IMG/VR virus record: IMGVR_UViG_3300043395_004688
Origin: a virus
Lineage: Duplodnaviria > Caudoviricetes
Length of the DNA stretch: 64,000 nucleotides
Strand: one strand, 5' to 3'
Positions 10,621 to 21,352 of the stretch are shown here, in pieces; the first letter of the stretch is position 1, and every line of letters begins with the position of its first letter. The notes beneath the pieces were generated by a model. It was not told the DNA's origin and ran no database searches. It worked only from the letters and a program-made list of their open reading frames with translations. The position numbers and the translations under genes were made by a program.

Positions 10621-11133
10621 ATGACTAAAAAATTAGAAGAGGTATTTGGTTTTCCATCTATTGAGGAAACTAACCTCGAACTGAACACTCAAGCAGAAGC
10701 ACAAGTTCCTGAAGAAATTCAACGCGAGCTAGAAACTGCTGCGGCTACAATTGACATGGCAAATCGTGTTGATATAGCTCTCCCAACAGTAACTGACATG
10801 TCTAGTGCTGAACGCGAATTAGACAGTTTAGCTAGCAAAGCACAGGAACAGAGTGAACGCTTAATGGATTTAGGATTTAATGTTGACGACAGGAATGCTG
10901 GTAAAATCTTTGAAGTGGCTGCACAGTTATTAAAAACAGCAGTAGATGCAAAAACTGCCAAGCTTGAAAAGAAGCTCAAAATGGTTGAACTGCAACTACG
11001 CAAAGCTCGCCTAGACAGCGACAAAAAAGAAAATCCAGACAATAATGTACTTGATGCAACAGACAATGGCGTAGTTGGCAATCGCAATGACATTGTAAAA
11101 GCCATCCTAAAGAGTGTGGGTAATAATAAATAG
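10621..11133 (+). CDS. Probable terminase small subunit
   Basis: Helical 170-aa protein (MTKKLEEVF...GKIFEVAAQLLKTAVDAK...KLKMVELQL) upstream of the large terminase; resembles gp16-type proteins. Confidence 0.55.
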   Translation: MTKKLEEVFGFPSIEETNLELNTQAEAQVPEEIQRELETAAATIDMANRVDIALPTVTDMSSAERELDSLASKAQEQSERLMDLGFNVDDRNAGKIFEVAAQLLKTAVDAKTAKLEKKLKMVELQLRKARLDSDKKENPDNNVLDATDNGVVGNRNDIVKAILKSVGNNK

Positions 11134-11153
11134 TCACATGAGAGGATTTAATT

Positions 11154-11759
11154 ATGCCCAGTTTATTAGAATACATTAATCAACTACAGCGAGAACATCG
11201 TTATCGCGTAAAAATGATATTCTCACCTTCTGAAAAGCAACTTGAAGTACTAGAGCGACACATGAAAAAATACGACGCTCTTGAGGTTAGCCGCCCAGAA
11301 AAGCTCATGTTACAATCAAAGCCAATGGATTTCCCGCAGTACGCAGGGCATGAAGTTGTTATTGTTGATGTAGTAACTCGTTTACCAGTTAGCCATCCAA
11401 CTTTGGAAGCAGAATTGCGCGGCTTGCTTTTTGTTCCAGAAGGAACACTACGAGTTATTGGTCGCGATGAGCCAAGTGAGAAAGAAGCAAACGAAAAGAA
11501 AACAGCACCAATTACAGGCACAGACTACACTGAAGCCGAAGCAAACGCAATTTCACCGGACCAAGTTGCAGGCGACAAATACAATCAAAATCTTTTAAAA
11601 GACTTAGATGCTGCTCGCAAAGATGTCAAGGCTGGAATTGTCAAATCAGAAGCCAAGTCTGAATCCAAAGATGCTGGACCAGACTTTGAGGCAAAGCAGA
11701 GTGCAAGTCCGCTGAGTGGTGCTAAAAACCCCAAGATGCCAAAAGGAGATAAAAAATGA
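11154..11759 (+). CDS. Hypothetical protein (probable head-associated)
   Basis: 201-aa ORF with GAGG RBS and TAAATA late motif upstream. Confidence 0.7.
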   Translation: MPSLLEYINQLQREHRYRVKMIFSPSEKQLEVLERHMKKYDALEVSRPEKLMLQSKPMDFPQYAGHEVVIVDVVTRLPVSHPTLEAELRGLLFVPEGTLRVIGRDEPSEKEANEKKTAPITGTDYTEAEANAISPDQVAGDKYNQNLLKDLDAARKDVKAGIVKSEAKSESKDAGPDFEAKQSASPLSGAKNPKMPKGDKK

Positions 11760-12823
11760 GCAATCCAAGAGACGACTCAGATGGCGTTGAACTACATGGT
11801 AGTTTCAATGTCAAACAATTTGCTGAAATGTTAGGCTTGGATCCCAGCGATACAACCCGTTTGGCTAATTTTATTCGCAAACATAAGTCAGGACAGCGTC
11901 CTAGTTATCAAGAGGTAGGCTCTGCTGCCAAGGCCTTTATTGGCCTGGTAGATGCTCCTCAGGATATTACCAACAAAGCAGCTCTTATGTTGAGAAGAGT
12001 TGATGCTGAAAAGTATCATCAGAAACAAGAAAGTGTTCAAGCAGTAGCAGAAGGCATTCGAATGGCCAAAGAAGGCATAGAAGAATGTTGGAATGACATG
12101 GAGGGTCAAGCAATGACACAAGACAACGCAGGCGAGCAAATGTCAGTAACAATTTCTATGCCAGGCAAGAATATCAGTGTTACTACAGACAGCGCCGATG
12201 AAATTGGAAATATCCTACGCCTGGCAGGCATTAATGTAGGCGGTGTAGCATCAGGAGATGTAGATGGTGACGGCGATCATGACATGGCCGACCACAACGC
12301 AGAAGCACCAACCGGTGAACCAGCTGTGCTATATGTTGGTGCCGGTGATGCCCAACCTGCAATGCCTAGCGAAGTTCCTGGCGATGTAGATGGTGACGGC
12401 GACCATGACATGTCTGATCATAAAGCAGAAATGTCCGACGACAAAGAACCAAAAGAATCAGCTAAACCAGATTTCACTGATGTTGACAATGACGGCAACG
12501 AAAAAGAATCTTGGGAAGATGCAGAAGAAGACAAGGACGAAGCCAAGAACGAGTCCATTCGTATTCTAGCTCTTGCTGGTCTCGACGAAAGCAAGCTGAT
12601 GAACAGCCCAGCTGGTACATCAATGGATGAACCAAAGGTGTTTGATAACTTGCCTAGTGAAAAAGGCACAGGCGCAGGCAAGCCAGACTACGGTACACGC
12701 CAAAGTAACATGGGCGGCGAAAACCCAATGGCCCTACACAGCTTAGATATGGAAGAATCATTCCAGGCTGCTATGGGCGAGTACAGAAAGTTTGTTGCTG
12801 AAAATATTAGCAAGAAAAAGTAA
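11756..12823 (+). CDS. Acidic hypothetical protein with DxDxDG repeats
   Basis: 355-aa ORF; DVDGDGDHDM occurs twice, plus DVDNDGNE. Confidence 0.7.
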   Translation: MSNPRDDSDGVELHGSFNVKQFAEMLGLDPSDTTRLANFIRKHKSGQRPSYQEVGSAAKAFIGLVDAPQDITNKAALMLRRVDAEKYHQKQESVQAVAEGIRMAKEGIEECWNDMEGQAMTQDNAGEQMSVTISMPGKNISVTTDSADEIGNILRLAGINVGGVASGDVDGDGDHDMADHNAEAPTGEPAVLYVGAGDAQPAMPSEVPGDVDGDGDHDMSDHKAEMSDDKEPKESAKPDFTDVDNDGNEKESWEDAEEDKDEAKNESIRILALAGLDESKLMNSPAGTSMDEPKVFDNLPSEKGTGAGKPDYGTRQSNMGGENPMALHSLDMEESFQAAMGEYRKFVAENISKKK

Positions 12824-12838
12824 GCAAGGAGGCCGGCC

Positions 12839-14389
12839 TTGGCCTTAGAAAATGTTTTTGTAAAATCACCTTTTAAAGTAGAAAAGTTCACGGACGACAA
12901 CGTCCGTGAGCTTGCCTTGTGCGCTCAAGATCCTGTATACTTCATTGACAACTATTGTTGGGTTCAGCATCCCATTCGAGGCAAGGTCAAGTTTGAACTT
13001 TACGACTATCAAAAAGAACTAATAAATTGCTATCACGAAAATCGCTATAGTATCAACATGCTTGGGCGACAGATGGGCAAGACTGCCTGTGCGGCTGCTT
13101 ATCTAGTGTGGTATGCTATGTTTATACCAGATAGCACAATTCTCATTGCCGCACACAAGTTTGCTGGTGCTCAAGAAATTATGCAAAGGGTTCGTTATAC
13201 CTATGAAACATTGCCTCATTGGTTGAAGGCCGGTGCTACCAGTTACAACAAAGGTAGCATTGACTTTGACAACGGTTCGCGCATTGTATCAACTACCACA
13301 ACTGAAACAACTGCTCGCGGTATGAGTTTGTCACTGATCTACTTAGACGAGTTTGCATTCGTTAAACCAAGAATTGCCAGCGAGTTTTGGACTTCTATTT
13401 CACCAACACTATCAACTGGTGGTAAGTGTATTATTACAAGTACACCCAACCAAGACGATGATCAGTTTGCTAGAATTTGGAAAGACGCTACAAAGAACAT
13501 TGACGAGTACGGAAACACTACCAAGATTGGTCGTAACGGATTCTCTCACATCAAGTTCATATGGAGTGCTCATCCAGAGCGTGACGAAGTATGGGCTCAG
13601 GTAGAAAGAAGCAAGATTGGTGAAGAAAGATTCTTGCGCGAACACGAATGTGAATTTATTATTGCTGATGAGACCTTGGTAAATTCTATGAAGTTGGTTA
13701 CCATGGAAAGCCGAGATCCTAGCAGCAAGCTTGGGCAAGTTCGTATTTTTAAATATCCGCAGCCTCAAGGAGCCTATGTTATAGGATGGGATCCTAGCTT
13801 AGGAACTGGAGGAGATCCGGCAGCTATTCAAGTTTTCAAACTGCCTGAACTAGAGCAAATTGCTGAGTGGCAACACAACAAAACTGATGTGCAAGGTCAG
13901 CTTAGAACACTAGTTGAAATTTTAAAATGGCTCAAAGACGAAACTCGAGGCACAGCCGAGCTATACTGGAGTGTGGAAAACAACACCATAGGTGAAGCAG
14001 CACTTATTAGCATACGCGAATACGGCGAGCAAAACATTCCGGGCACATTTGTCCAAGAAATTCGAAGAGCAGGACAGAGTCGCGGTCGCCGGGGATTCAA
14101 CACAACGCATAAAGCTAAAATTACAGCCTGTATGCGACTTAAGAACTATGTTGAAAGCGACAAAATGACCATTTACAGTCATAATCTACTGCGCGAACTC
14201 AAGAACTTTATTGCCCGGGGCGCAAGCTTTGCAGCCAAAGATGGTGAAACAGACGATCTAGTAATGGCAACCATCCTAATGCTCCGCATAGTAGAAGTAG
14301 TAATGACCTGGGACGCTAACACCTATGACAGGCTGGTAAATGCAGGTTCTGAGGAAGTTCTAAAGCCCATGCCAATAGGCTTCTTGTAA
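12839..14389 (+). CDS. gp17: Terminase large subunit
   Basis: LYDYQK, GRQMGKT Walker A, ARGMSLSLIYLDEFAF Walker B, IITSTPN, GWDPSLGTGGD and DDLVMA nuclease motifs. Confidence 0.95.
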   Translation: MALENVFVKSPFKVEKFTDDNVRELALCAQDPVYFIDNYCWVQHPIRGKVKFELYDYQKELINCYHENRYSINMLGRQMGKTACAAAYLVWYAMFIPDSTILIAAHKFAGAQEIMQRVRYTYETLPHWLKAGATSYNKGSIDFDNGSRIVSTTTTETTARGMSLSLIYLDEFAFVKPRIASEFWTSISPTLSTGGKCIITSTPNQDDDQFARIWKDATKNIDEYGNTTKIGRNGFSHIKFIWSAHPERDEVWAQVERSKIGEERFLREHECEFIIADETLVNSMKLVTMESRDPSSKLGQVRIFKYPQPQGAYVIGWDPSLGTGGDPAAIQVFKLPELEQIAEWQHNKTDVQGQLRTLVEILKWLKDETRGTAELYWSVENNTIGEAALISIREYGEQNIPGTFVQEIRRAGQSRGRRGFNTTHKAKITACMRLKNYVESDKMTIYSHNLLRELKNFIARGASFAAKDGETDDLVMATILMLRIVEVVMTWDANTYDRLVNAGSEEVLKPMPIGFL

Positions 14390-14401
14390 CTAAATACACA
14401 C

Positions 14402-15253
14402 ATGTCAACGATTACCGATATTTCCAAAGAAATTGCTGCTGCTGTTGCCGGAGTTAGCCACGATGCTAATTTCAAGGATTCTGACGGCAACGATACCCTA
14501 CAGCAAGAACAAGCAACTTATTTGTATTTGCCAAAGTTTGGCATGATGGTTTTTATTAATCATGAAAACAGCGATGTTGAAATTTGGTATGATCCTGTAA
14601 AAACAGACGATGAATGGCTTGCAAATAATTTTAAGCCAATGCTAGAAGCTATTGCCCGTCGTTATTTGTATGGAACCAGCGTTCGTAGCTATGAAGGTGA
14701 TATTAAACCAAAACAGCTAAGTCATAGAACTGAGGTAACCGAAAGCCGTAACAGTTTAAAAATCAGCTACCACCCATTGGGAGATACTCAAATTAGAGTA
14801 GCTCATACCAAGTCAATTACTGAAGAAAAGCCAGGTGCTCGTAGTCGAAACATCAAGGCAGTATTCATTGAGAAAGATGGAGAGCGTTTTCGCTTCCCTT
14901 ATAATCATTTGATGGGTGCTCGTGTTATGGGCTTGCATGTTGAAAGCGGTGGCAGACCTTGGGACGATCTTGGTGAGAAGATCTTAGAAATTAGCCGTCG
15001 TCGCCGAGAAATCATGGAACTGCTACGCTGGTCAAAGAAACTTGAAGAAACTGACCACATTACAGAAATTAAAAAGCGTGGCAAAGATGAAGTCTTTATG
15101 ATTCGTCGTATGATGGAGCGAGCAGCTCGTACCGGCGACTTATCTGAAATCCGTGAATTTCAACTACCTGCAAAAGACAAAATGATTGAACAATCAATGG
15201 TCAGCGAAGCAGTTGGCGAGCTCAGTGATTCACTAAGCAAATTACTAAGTTAA
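14402..15253 (+). CDS. Hypothetical protein
   Basis: 283-aa ORF behind a TAAATA late motif; no motif recognised. Confidence 0.75.
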   Translation: MSTITDISKEIAAAVAGVSHDANFKDSDGNDTLQQEQATYLYLPKFGMMVFINHENSDVEIWYDPVKTDDEWLANNFKPMLEAIARRYLYGTSVRSYEGDIKPKQLSHRTEVTESRNSLKISYHPLGDTQIRVAHTKSITEEKPGARSRNIKAVFIEKDGERFRFPYNHLMGARVMGLHVESGGRPWDDLGEKILEISRRRREIMELLRWSKKLEETDHITEIKKRGKDEVFMIRRMMERAARTGDLSEIREFQLPAKDKMIEQSMVSEAVGELSDSLSKLLS

Positions 15254-15256
15254 TTT

Positions 15257-15282
15257 AAAAAGCCCCTTAAAAGGGGCTTTTT
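15257..15282. terminator. Bidirectional terminator
   Basis: AAAAAGCCCC-TTAAAA-GGGGCTTTTT between convergent genes. Confidence 0.85.
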
Positions 15283-15283
15283 A

Positions 15284-15373
15284 TTACACCAATCGTTCTA
15301 TACAGATAAAGTTGTTATTCCAGCTAGCATCAATTACACGAACACCATTTAGTGATACACCTTGTATTATCAT
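15284..15373 (-). pseudogene. 29-aa mini-ORF, probable internal-deletion remnant of a fibre-like gene
   Basis: Manual translation [29 protein letters not shown]; ATGA overlap with the fibre stop; C-terminus mirrors the fibre's [10 protein letters not shown]. Confidence 0.55.
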
Positions 15374-17847
15374 ACTAGTCGTTCAATAGAAATCATATTG
15401 TTGGCGTAGCCGGGACCTATCACAAACGAGATGCGCCAGGCTAGTCCAGCACCGGTGTCATTGATAGTCCAAGTGCCACTGTCGCCTGCAACGGTAAAGT
15501 TGTTGACAGCGTTCAAGTAAGCAGGAGTTGTTGTTACACTCAATGGTGACACGCTGGTAATATTAGTGCCACCTATTGTACCGGCAGCATTGTAGACGCT
15601 AGATCCGTATACAGAGTAAGTTCCGCTAACAGTTGATACCTGCAAACTGCGATTGCCTGATGTTGGTATTCTTGCTCGTAGATTACCTAATGTGACATCA
15701 ACACCTGCGTTGACGAACCCACTCGCTCTGTTATTCAGTAGTGTACCTACTCCTGTTGCGGCTATTGATAGATCAATATAAGCACCTCTATAGTTGCTGC
15801 CATTTTCATAAATTCTAACTCTATCTACATACTGATCAATAACAACATTACTGCCACTTAGGCTAGAATTAGGTGATTTAGCTAATTGTACTTCGCCGCC
15901 CTCGTTGGCACTGGCATTTGTAGAAACTAAAGTATTTCCGCTGACCGCGCCGGTTGCAGTGATAGTGCTAACAGAACCTAATGTTACTGTAGGATTGATT
16001 TGGGTGACTTCCATATGAGCATAGTCACCCGAAACCTCAATAGTATTGCCTGTTGTTTGGCGTAATTCATAAGTTGTATTCGAGCTAGGTGATACTATAG
16101 CTTTAGCATTATTAGTTGTGCCTATTGCACCAGGAGCACTAACAACTTCGCTGAAACCTTCTACACCGACATAAGCACCGTTAGTCACATCATACCAACG
16201 GAACATACCCCAGGTACTACTGGAAACAAATCTTCCTATAATGGCTTCAAGTTTGTATGTGTGGCCACCAGTGAGTCTGACTTGTGTATTGCTGATCTTG
16301 TTGATTAAATTACCATTACTGTTTAATGTTGTTTGGAAGTTAATGGGTTGACCTATTCCAATCCCACTTTGGGTGGCGTTATTTTTTGCGAATAGATAAC
16401 TGCTGTTTATCAGTCCAGTGGCTGTAAGTGCTTCACCGTTGAGTGTAATACTGCCGGCATCGATGCTTGTTAAACCAGTAAATGAAGTTGGCTTGTTGGT
16501 TAGATCATCGTAGTCTCCACTGGTCGCTACTGTGGCCAATGTTGGAGTATTTGCAATTTGACTATATTGTATATTAGGAATATCACGACCATCAACATTA
16601 ATACGATTGCCAGGACCCAAGTCAGTCCAATAAGTTGTATTTGATGTTGGCAAACTTTCATTGTCATAATTTGCCACAAATATATTACCGTTGTCATAAA
16701 CCACATCGCCGGCCAAATAACGAGTACCATCGGCAATAGTATGATTCACTGTCCATTGTGGTGCAGACCTAATTATAGTTGGGGTATTAGTTAGATCATT
16801 GTAATCACCGCTAAATGGTGCAGGCAAATCGCCGAGGGTAATAAACCCGGCGCTATTAGTTAATTGATTAGTATCCGTAGGAATAGTCGGAGTGTTGGTT
16901 AAGTCATTATAGTCGCCAGTATAGGCTGTGGTTTGAATTGTGTAATCTGGAAATACTAAAGTTCCATTAGTCTTAAGTTGCCAAAAGTTTCCAGAATCAA
17001 GTGTTCCTAATAATAAATCAACACCAGCATTACTAAACATCTGCGCTGTGCCATACTGCGAAGTTGGCACTTTGATATAGCCTTGTGCTTCTAAGGTAAA
17101 GTTATAGCTGCCGTTAGTAAGCTGATTAGTACTGGCAGAAATTATTGGCTTGTTTGTTAGGTCATTGTAATCACCACTGAATGGTGCTGGCACATCTGCT
17201 AGGGTAATAAAACCACTATCGTTTGTTAATTGATTCGTTGAAGTTGGTATTGAGGGTTTGTTGGTTAGGTCATTATAATCACCGCTAAATGTACCATCAC
17301 CTGCTGCCCATGTCAAATTGCCTACGCCATCATTTTTTAAATATCCAAAAGCATCTGCTGGTAAATTTGCAGCGCCATCTGCTCCAGCTGGACCTTGTTC
17401 GCCTGTATCTCCTTTGGGTCCTTGTGGTCCCTGTGGACCTGTTTCACCTGTATCTCCCTTAGGTCCTTGTGGACCTGTAGCACCTGTTTCACCTGTATCT
17501 CCCTTAGGTCCTTGTGGACCTGTAGCACCTGTTTCACCGGTATCTCCTTTGGGTCCTGGTGCGCCATCTGCTCCAGCTGGACCTGTTTCACCGGTATCTC
17601 CTTTAGGTCCTGGTGCGCCATCTGCTCCAGCTGGACCTGTGGCACCTGTAGCACCTGTTTCACCAGTATCACCTTTTGGTCCCTGCGCCCCGATTCCTCC
17701 TCCGCCAATTAAAGTACCACCGGCAACAGTACCGTCATGATAATAAAGATTACCATTTCTATAGGTGATCTCACCAAGTCTTCCGTAGTGGGTCGATGGG
17801 TTTGCTTCGTTAACCTTAAAGGTTAGAATTTTTCGAAAAGCAGTCAT
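15370..17847 (-). CDS. Collagen-repeat tail fibre / virion appendage
   Basis: About 35 Gly-X-Y triplets near the N-terminus, five (F/Y)(S/T)GDY(N/D)DLTN(K/T)P repeats, beta-rich C-terminal modules. Confidence 0.8.
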   Translation of the reverse strand: MTAFRKILTFKVNEANPSTHYGRLGEITYRNGNLYYHDGTVAGGTLIGGGGIGAQGPKGDTGETGATGATGPAGADGAPGPKGDTGETGPAGADGAPGPKGDTGETGATGPQGPKGDTGETGATGPQGPKGDTGETGPQGPQGPKGDTGEQGPAGADGAANLPADAFGYLKNDGVGNLTWAAGDGTFSGDYNDLTNKPSIPTSTNQLTNDSGFITLADVPAPFSGDYNDLTNKPIISASTNQLTNGSYNFTLEAQGYIKVPTSQYGTAQMFSNAGVDLLLGTLDSGNFWQLKTNGTLVFPDYTIQTTAYTGDYNDLTNTPTIPTDTNQLTNSAGFITLGDLPAPFSGDYNDLTNTPTIIRSAPQWTVNHTIADGTRYLAGDVVYDNGNIFVANYDNESLPTSNTTYWTDLGPGNRINVDGRDIPNIQYSQIANTPTLATVATSGDYDDLTNKPTSFTGLTSIDAGSITLNGEALTATGLINSSYLFAKNNATQSGIGIGQPINFQTTLNSNGNLINKISNTQVRLTGGHTYKLEAIIGRFVSSSTWGMFRWYDVTNGAYVGVEGFSEVVSAPGAIGTTNNAKAIVSPSSNTTYELRQTTGNTIEVSGDYAHMEVTQINPTVTLGSVSTITATGAVSGNTLVSTNASANEGGEVQLAKSPNSSLSGSNVVIDQYVDRVRIYENGSNYRGAYIDLSIAATGVGTLLNNRASGFVNAGVDVTLGNLRARIPTSGNRSLQVSTVSGTYSVYGSSVYNAAGTIGGTNITSVSPLSVTTTPAYLNAVNNFTVAGDSGTWTINDTGAGLAWRISFVIGPGYANNMISIERLV
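17395..17700 (-). repeat. Tandem 9-nt-period coding repeats (collagen Gly-X-Y)
   Basis: Repeated CCTGTTTCACC(T/G)GTATCTCC(C/T)TT and GGTCCTTGTGGACC blocks encode [10 protein letters not shown] / GPQG. Confidence 0.9.
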
Positions 17848-18032
17848 ATTGTATCCTTTGCATCAGCAATGTAGCTATTTTCATATTTACCGTTATTTGG
17901 CGAAATTGGCTATTGCTTTTTGTCTGCGGTCATAAGTACAATACAACACATGCAAAGACAATCTGAGCATGAGTTGTTTGGCTCACTAAGAGACTAACAC
18001 TAATAATGGCTAATATATAAAGGAAAAACATT

Positions 18033-19022
18033 ATGGCTTCTCTAGCAGAAATCCGCGCTCGCCTAGCCGAGCAGGCAGCAAAATCCGGTGGTTCTAATAC
18101 CGGTACCGGTGACAACGCAATTTTCGCACACTGGAACATCCCCGAAGGTACATCCGCATCAATTCGTTTCCTCCCAGACGGCGACGATTCCAACACATTT
18201 TTCTGGCGTGAGCGTCAGATGATGCGTTTTGAGTTCGCTGGTGTTAAGGGCGGCGACGAAAACAAAAAGGTTGTAGTCCAGGTTCCTTGCGTTGAAATGT
18301 GGGGCGAGACTTGCCCTGTACACGCACAAATCCGTCCTTGGTTTAAGGATCCTAACATGGAGTCTTTGGGCCGTAAGTATTGGAAGAAGCGTAGTTATGT
18401 GTTCCAGGGCTTTGTTGTAAACAGCCCCATTGAGGAACAAAACACTCCAGAAAATCCTATTCGTAGGTTTATCATCAGTCCTCAGATCTTTACCATCATC
18501 AAGCAGGCACTAATGGATCCTGAGATGGAAGAACTGCCAACTGATTATCAGCGTGGTACCGACTTCCGTTTGAACAAGACCCAGAAGGGTGGCTATGCTG
18601 ACTACTCTACCAGCTCATGGGCTCGTAAGGAGCGTGGTCTAAACGAAACCGAGTTGCAGGCTATTGCAACTCACGGCTTGTTCAACTTGAACGACTTCAT
18701 GCCCAAGCGTCCGGGTGTAGACGAAGTTCGTGCCATCGTTGAGATGTTTGAAGCATCTGTAGATGGTCAGTTGTATGATCCAGATCGTTGGAGCAAGTTC
18801 TATCGCCCAACCGGCGTGCAGTTGGCTGGTTCGTCTACAGCTTCCAAGACTGATGACGATGTAGATGAAGATACGCCTGCGCCAGTGGCTTCCAAGCCAG
18901 TAGCGGCCCCTGCGTCAAAGCCTGCGGCACCAGTTGCTACAGCGGCAGCACCAGCAGCCGAGGGTGGAGCCAAGCCCAGCGTTGATGATATCCTTAAGAT
19001 GATTCGTAGCCGTCAGACCTAA
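18033..19022 (+). CDS. gp32: Single-stranded DNA-binding protein
   Basis: IRFLPDGD...FFW, PCVEMWGETCPV, RKYWKKRSY, DY..GTDFRLNKTQKGGYADYSTS motifs. Confidence 0.9.
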   Translation: MASLAEIRARLAEQAAKSGGSNTGTGDNAIFAHWNIPEGTSASIRFLPDGDDSNTFFWRERQMMRFEFAGVKGGDENKKVVVQVPCVEMWGETCPVHAQIRPWFKDPNMESLGRKYWKKRSYVFQGFVVNSPIEEQNTPENPIRRFIISPQIFTIIKQALMDPEMEELPTDYQRGTDFRLNKTQKGGYADYSTSSWARKERGLNETELQAIATHGLFNLNDFMPKRPGVDEVRAIVEMFEASVDGQLYDPDRWSKFYRPTGVQLAGSSTASKTDDDVDEDTPAPVASKPVAAPASKPAAPVATAAAPAAEGGAKPSVDDILKMIRSRQT

Positions 19023-19085
19023 TTGACACTACACAAGGAGGGTAGATGATTCTACCCTCCTCATCATTAATAAAGGATAGATATC

Positions 19086-20180
19086 ATGGTTCAAAAAGCA
19101 TTTGATGTAAGTAAATTTAGAAAGAGCCTGACCAAGGCTGTGCCTGGCATGAGCTCAGGCTTCAACGATCCAAGAGACTGGATCAGTACTGGTAATCACA
19201 CTCTCAACTACCTTATGACCGGCGACTTCAATCGCGGCATTCCACTGGGTAAGGTTACCATGTTTGCTGGTGAATCCGGCGCAGGCAAGAGTTACATCTG
19301 TTCGGGTAACCTTGTAAAGAACGCACAAGCACAGGGTATTCTCCCAGTGATCCTTGACAGCGAAAACGCACTGGACGAAGACTGGTTGCGAGCATTGGGT
19401 ATTGACACAGCACCTGACAAGTTGATGCGCTTTGGTGTCAGCATGATCGATGAAGTGGCCAAGTTCATTTCAGAATTCATGAAGGAATACAAGGACGCAT
19501 ATGGCGAGATGCCATACGAAGACCAGCAAAAGGTCTTGTTTGTTATTGACTCTGTGGGTATGTTGCTGACTCCTACCGACATCAACCAGTTTGAAGCCGG
19601 TGACATGAAAGGCGACATGGGTCGTAAGGCCAAGGCACTGACTGCCCTGATCAAGAACACCGTAAACAGGATTGCACCGCACCCAGTAGGGTTGGTTGTT
19701 ACTAACCACACATACGCAAGCCAAGACATGTTTGACCCAGATGACAAGATTACTGGTGGACAGGGTTTTATCTATGCATCGAGTATGGTAGTGGCCATGC
19801 GTAAGCTCAAGTTGAAGACTGATGCTGACGGCAACAAGACTTCAACTGTAAATGGTATTCGTGCCGCATGTAAGATTATGAAAACTCGCTATTCAAAGCC
19901 ATTTGAAAGTGTGCAGGTTGAAATTCCTTACTCCACAGGTATGGATCCTTATTCAGGTCTTGTTGACTTGTTTGAAGCTCGCGGCTGGTTGAAAAAGGAA
20001 GGCAACAAGCTGTCCTACACTACGCTAGACGGCGAAGTAATTAAGGAATTCCGTAAAGGCTACACAGATGAAATTCTCGATGTGATCATGAAGGATGTGG
20101 TTGCTCGCGGAACTGACATGGCTTACCAAGGGGCTATTAGTCCTAATGGTGAAGCTGACGCTGCTCCAATCGAAGAGTAA
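19086..20180 (+). CDS. uvsX: RecA-like recombinase
   Basis: ISTGNHTLN, FAGESGAGKS Walker A, VIDSVGML, NHTYASQDMF, GGQGFIYASS. Confidence 0.93.
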   Translation: MVQKAFDVSKFRKSLTKAVPGMSSGFNDPRDWISTGNHTLNYLMTGDFNRGIPLGKVTMFAGESGAGKSYICSGNLVKNAQAQGILPVILDSENALDEDWLRALGIDTAPDKLMRFGVSMIDEVAKFISEFMKEYKDAYGEMPYEDQQKVLFVIDSVGMLLTPTDINQFEAGDMKGDMGRKAKALTALIKNTVNRIAPHPVGLVVTNHTYASQDMFDPDDKITGGQGFIYASSMVVAMRKLKLKTDADGNKTSTVNGIRAACKIMKTRYSKPFESVQVEIPYSTGMDPYSGLVDLFEARGWLKKEGNKLSYTTLDGEVIKEFRKGYTDEILDVIMKDVVARGTDMAYQGAISPNGEADAAPIEE

Positions 20181-20185
20181 TCAGC

Positions 20186-20566
20186 ATGTCTGATGACCAT
20201 GAAACATGGTTACGGGAACAAGGTGCAAGGATTGTTGGGAAGCAGTCCTTTCGCCGCTATATCCTAGACCGTATGCCAGTTAATTATACAGCTACGGATA
20301 TGATGGCCACTGTGAATACTGTTGACGATTACCTCTATCATCTCGAAGTTCCTGCCGCTTTACTGGAGCGTTGGAGTAGGAACAGTAGACAATTAAAGCA
20401 TTTAATAGAGTTAGCAGACAGATACAATTCATCACCGGTGACTGAATATGCAAAAGGTGTTGAACGACACCAAGAGTTACTGCGCGAAAATCCAATGTAC
20501 AAAGAAGCCTGGCGAGAATTTCAGTCCATTAGAGCCTTGCTTGGTGAAAATACATATTGGCCTTAA
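20186..20566 (+). CDS. Hypothetical protein
   Basis: 126-aa ORF in operon position. Confidence 0.65.
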   Translation: MSDDHETWLREQGARIVGKQSFRRYILDRMPVNYTATDMMATVNTVDDYLYHLEVPAALLERWSRNSRQLKHLIELADRYNSSPVTEYAKGVERHQELLRENPMYKEAWREFQSIRALLGENTYWP

Positions 20567-20590
20567 CACAAATTTTTGCTATACTGTACT

Positions 20591-21070
20591 ATGTTTAAAA
20601 AACTCATGCAACGCCTGGATCGTCATAGAGTCATTCTTGACAGGCAATCCAATGAACCATACCTTGAAAGATACTATCTTTTCCTTAAGGATAGAAAATG
20701 GTTCCCTTTCAATGTGTTTTTGCATAAGTTCCTTAAAAGCGATCCGGATGATGTACATGATCACCCATGGCCGTATGCCACTTTAATTCTTCGTGGCGGA
20801 TACTACGAATGGACTCCCAAGTTTGACCACACCGGGAAAAAGATCGGCGAAGTACAACACTGGCGAGGCCCTGGACATTTTCGTACATGCGGCGCCGAAA
20901 GCTATCATAGGATTGAACTTGATCCTAGCGTAGAATGTTGGACATTGTTTATGCCGGGTCCTCAAAAGCGCGAGTGGGGATTCTTAGTGTCCAGCAAAGG
21001 ACAAGATCGCTGGATACACAATGAAATATACCTGACTAAAAAGGCTAAACAAGAGAACTTGGATTACTAA
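20591..21070 (+). CDS. Cupin-fold protein
   Basis: HDHPW and YHRIEL..WTLF..GP..REWGF cupin motifs; ATG 20591 lies 5 nt after extended -10 TGcTATACT. Confidence 0.7.
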   Translation: MFKKLMQRLDRHRVILDRQSNEPYLERYYLFLKDRKWFPFNVFLHKFLKSDPDDVHDHPWPYATLILRGGYYEWTPKFDHTGKKIGEVQHWRGPGHFRTCGAESYHRIELDPSVECWTLFMPGPQKREWGFLVSSKGQDRWIHNEIYLTKKAKQENLDY

Positions 21071-21106
21071 GTATCCAGTACTAATTTGTACGCCAACTAT
21101 GGAGAG

Positions 21107-21352
21107 ATGATAATGCAAGACATGGGTGTAATGATAGCGCAAATGTGGCTATCCCTAAAACCGTATATTGACAAGAAGGAAAGGTCAGAAGCAGCAGTGG
21201 CCTTTCTAAGAAGTTGTGAGGATTTTGTTGATCTGGAAGCAATCAGAGAAGAAGCAACAGATGATGCCGACAGCGCATTACTAGGTGCCTTTGCTGAGTT
21301 ACTAGGCGAAGATCCTGACGAAGAAGATCACGATTACAACGAGGAATACTGA
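21107..21352 (+). CDS. Small acidic hypothetical protein
   Basis: GGAG RBS before ATG 21107/21113; commonly precedes uvsY in T4-like phages. Confidence 0.65.
   Translation: MIMQDMGVMIAQMWLSLKPYIDKKERSEAAVAFLRSCEDFVDLEAIREEATDDADSALLGAFAELLGEDPDEEDHDYNEEY

Noticed and set aside
17318-17740. Three alternative-frame ORFs (17318-17740, 17337-17708, 17395-17712) and a CRISPR-like look of the repeats
   Set aside because: All are shadows of the collagen Gly-X-Y repeat; units are contiguous with no unique spacers and no cas genes.
19037-19060. GC-rich hairpin between gp32 and uvsX
   Set aside because: No U-tract follows; could be a processing or stability hairpin, but nothing further supports a call.
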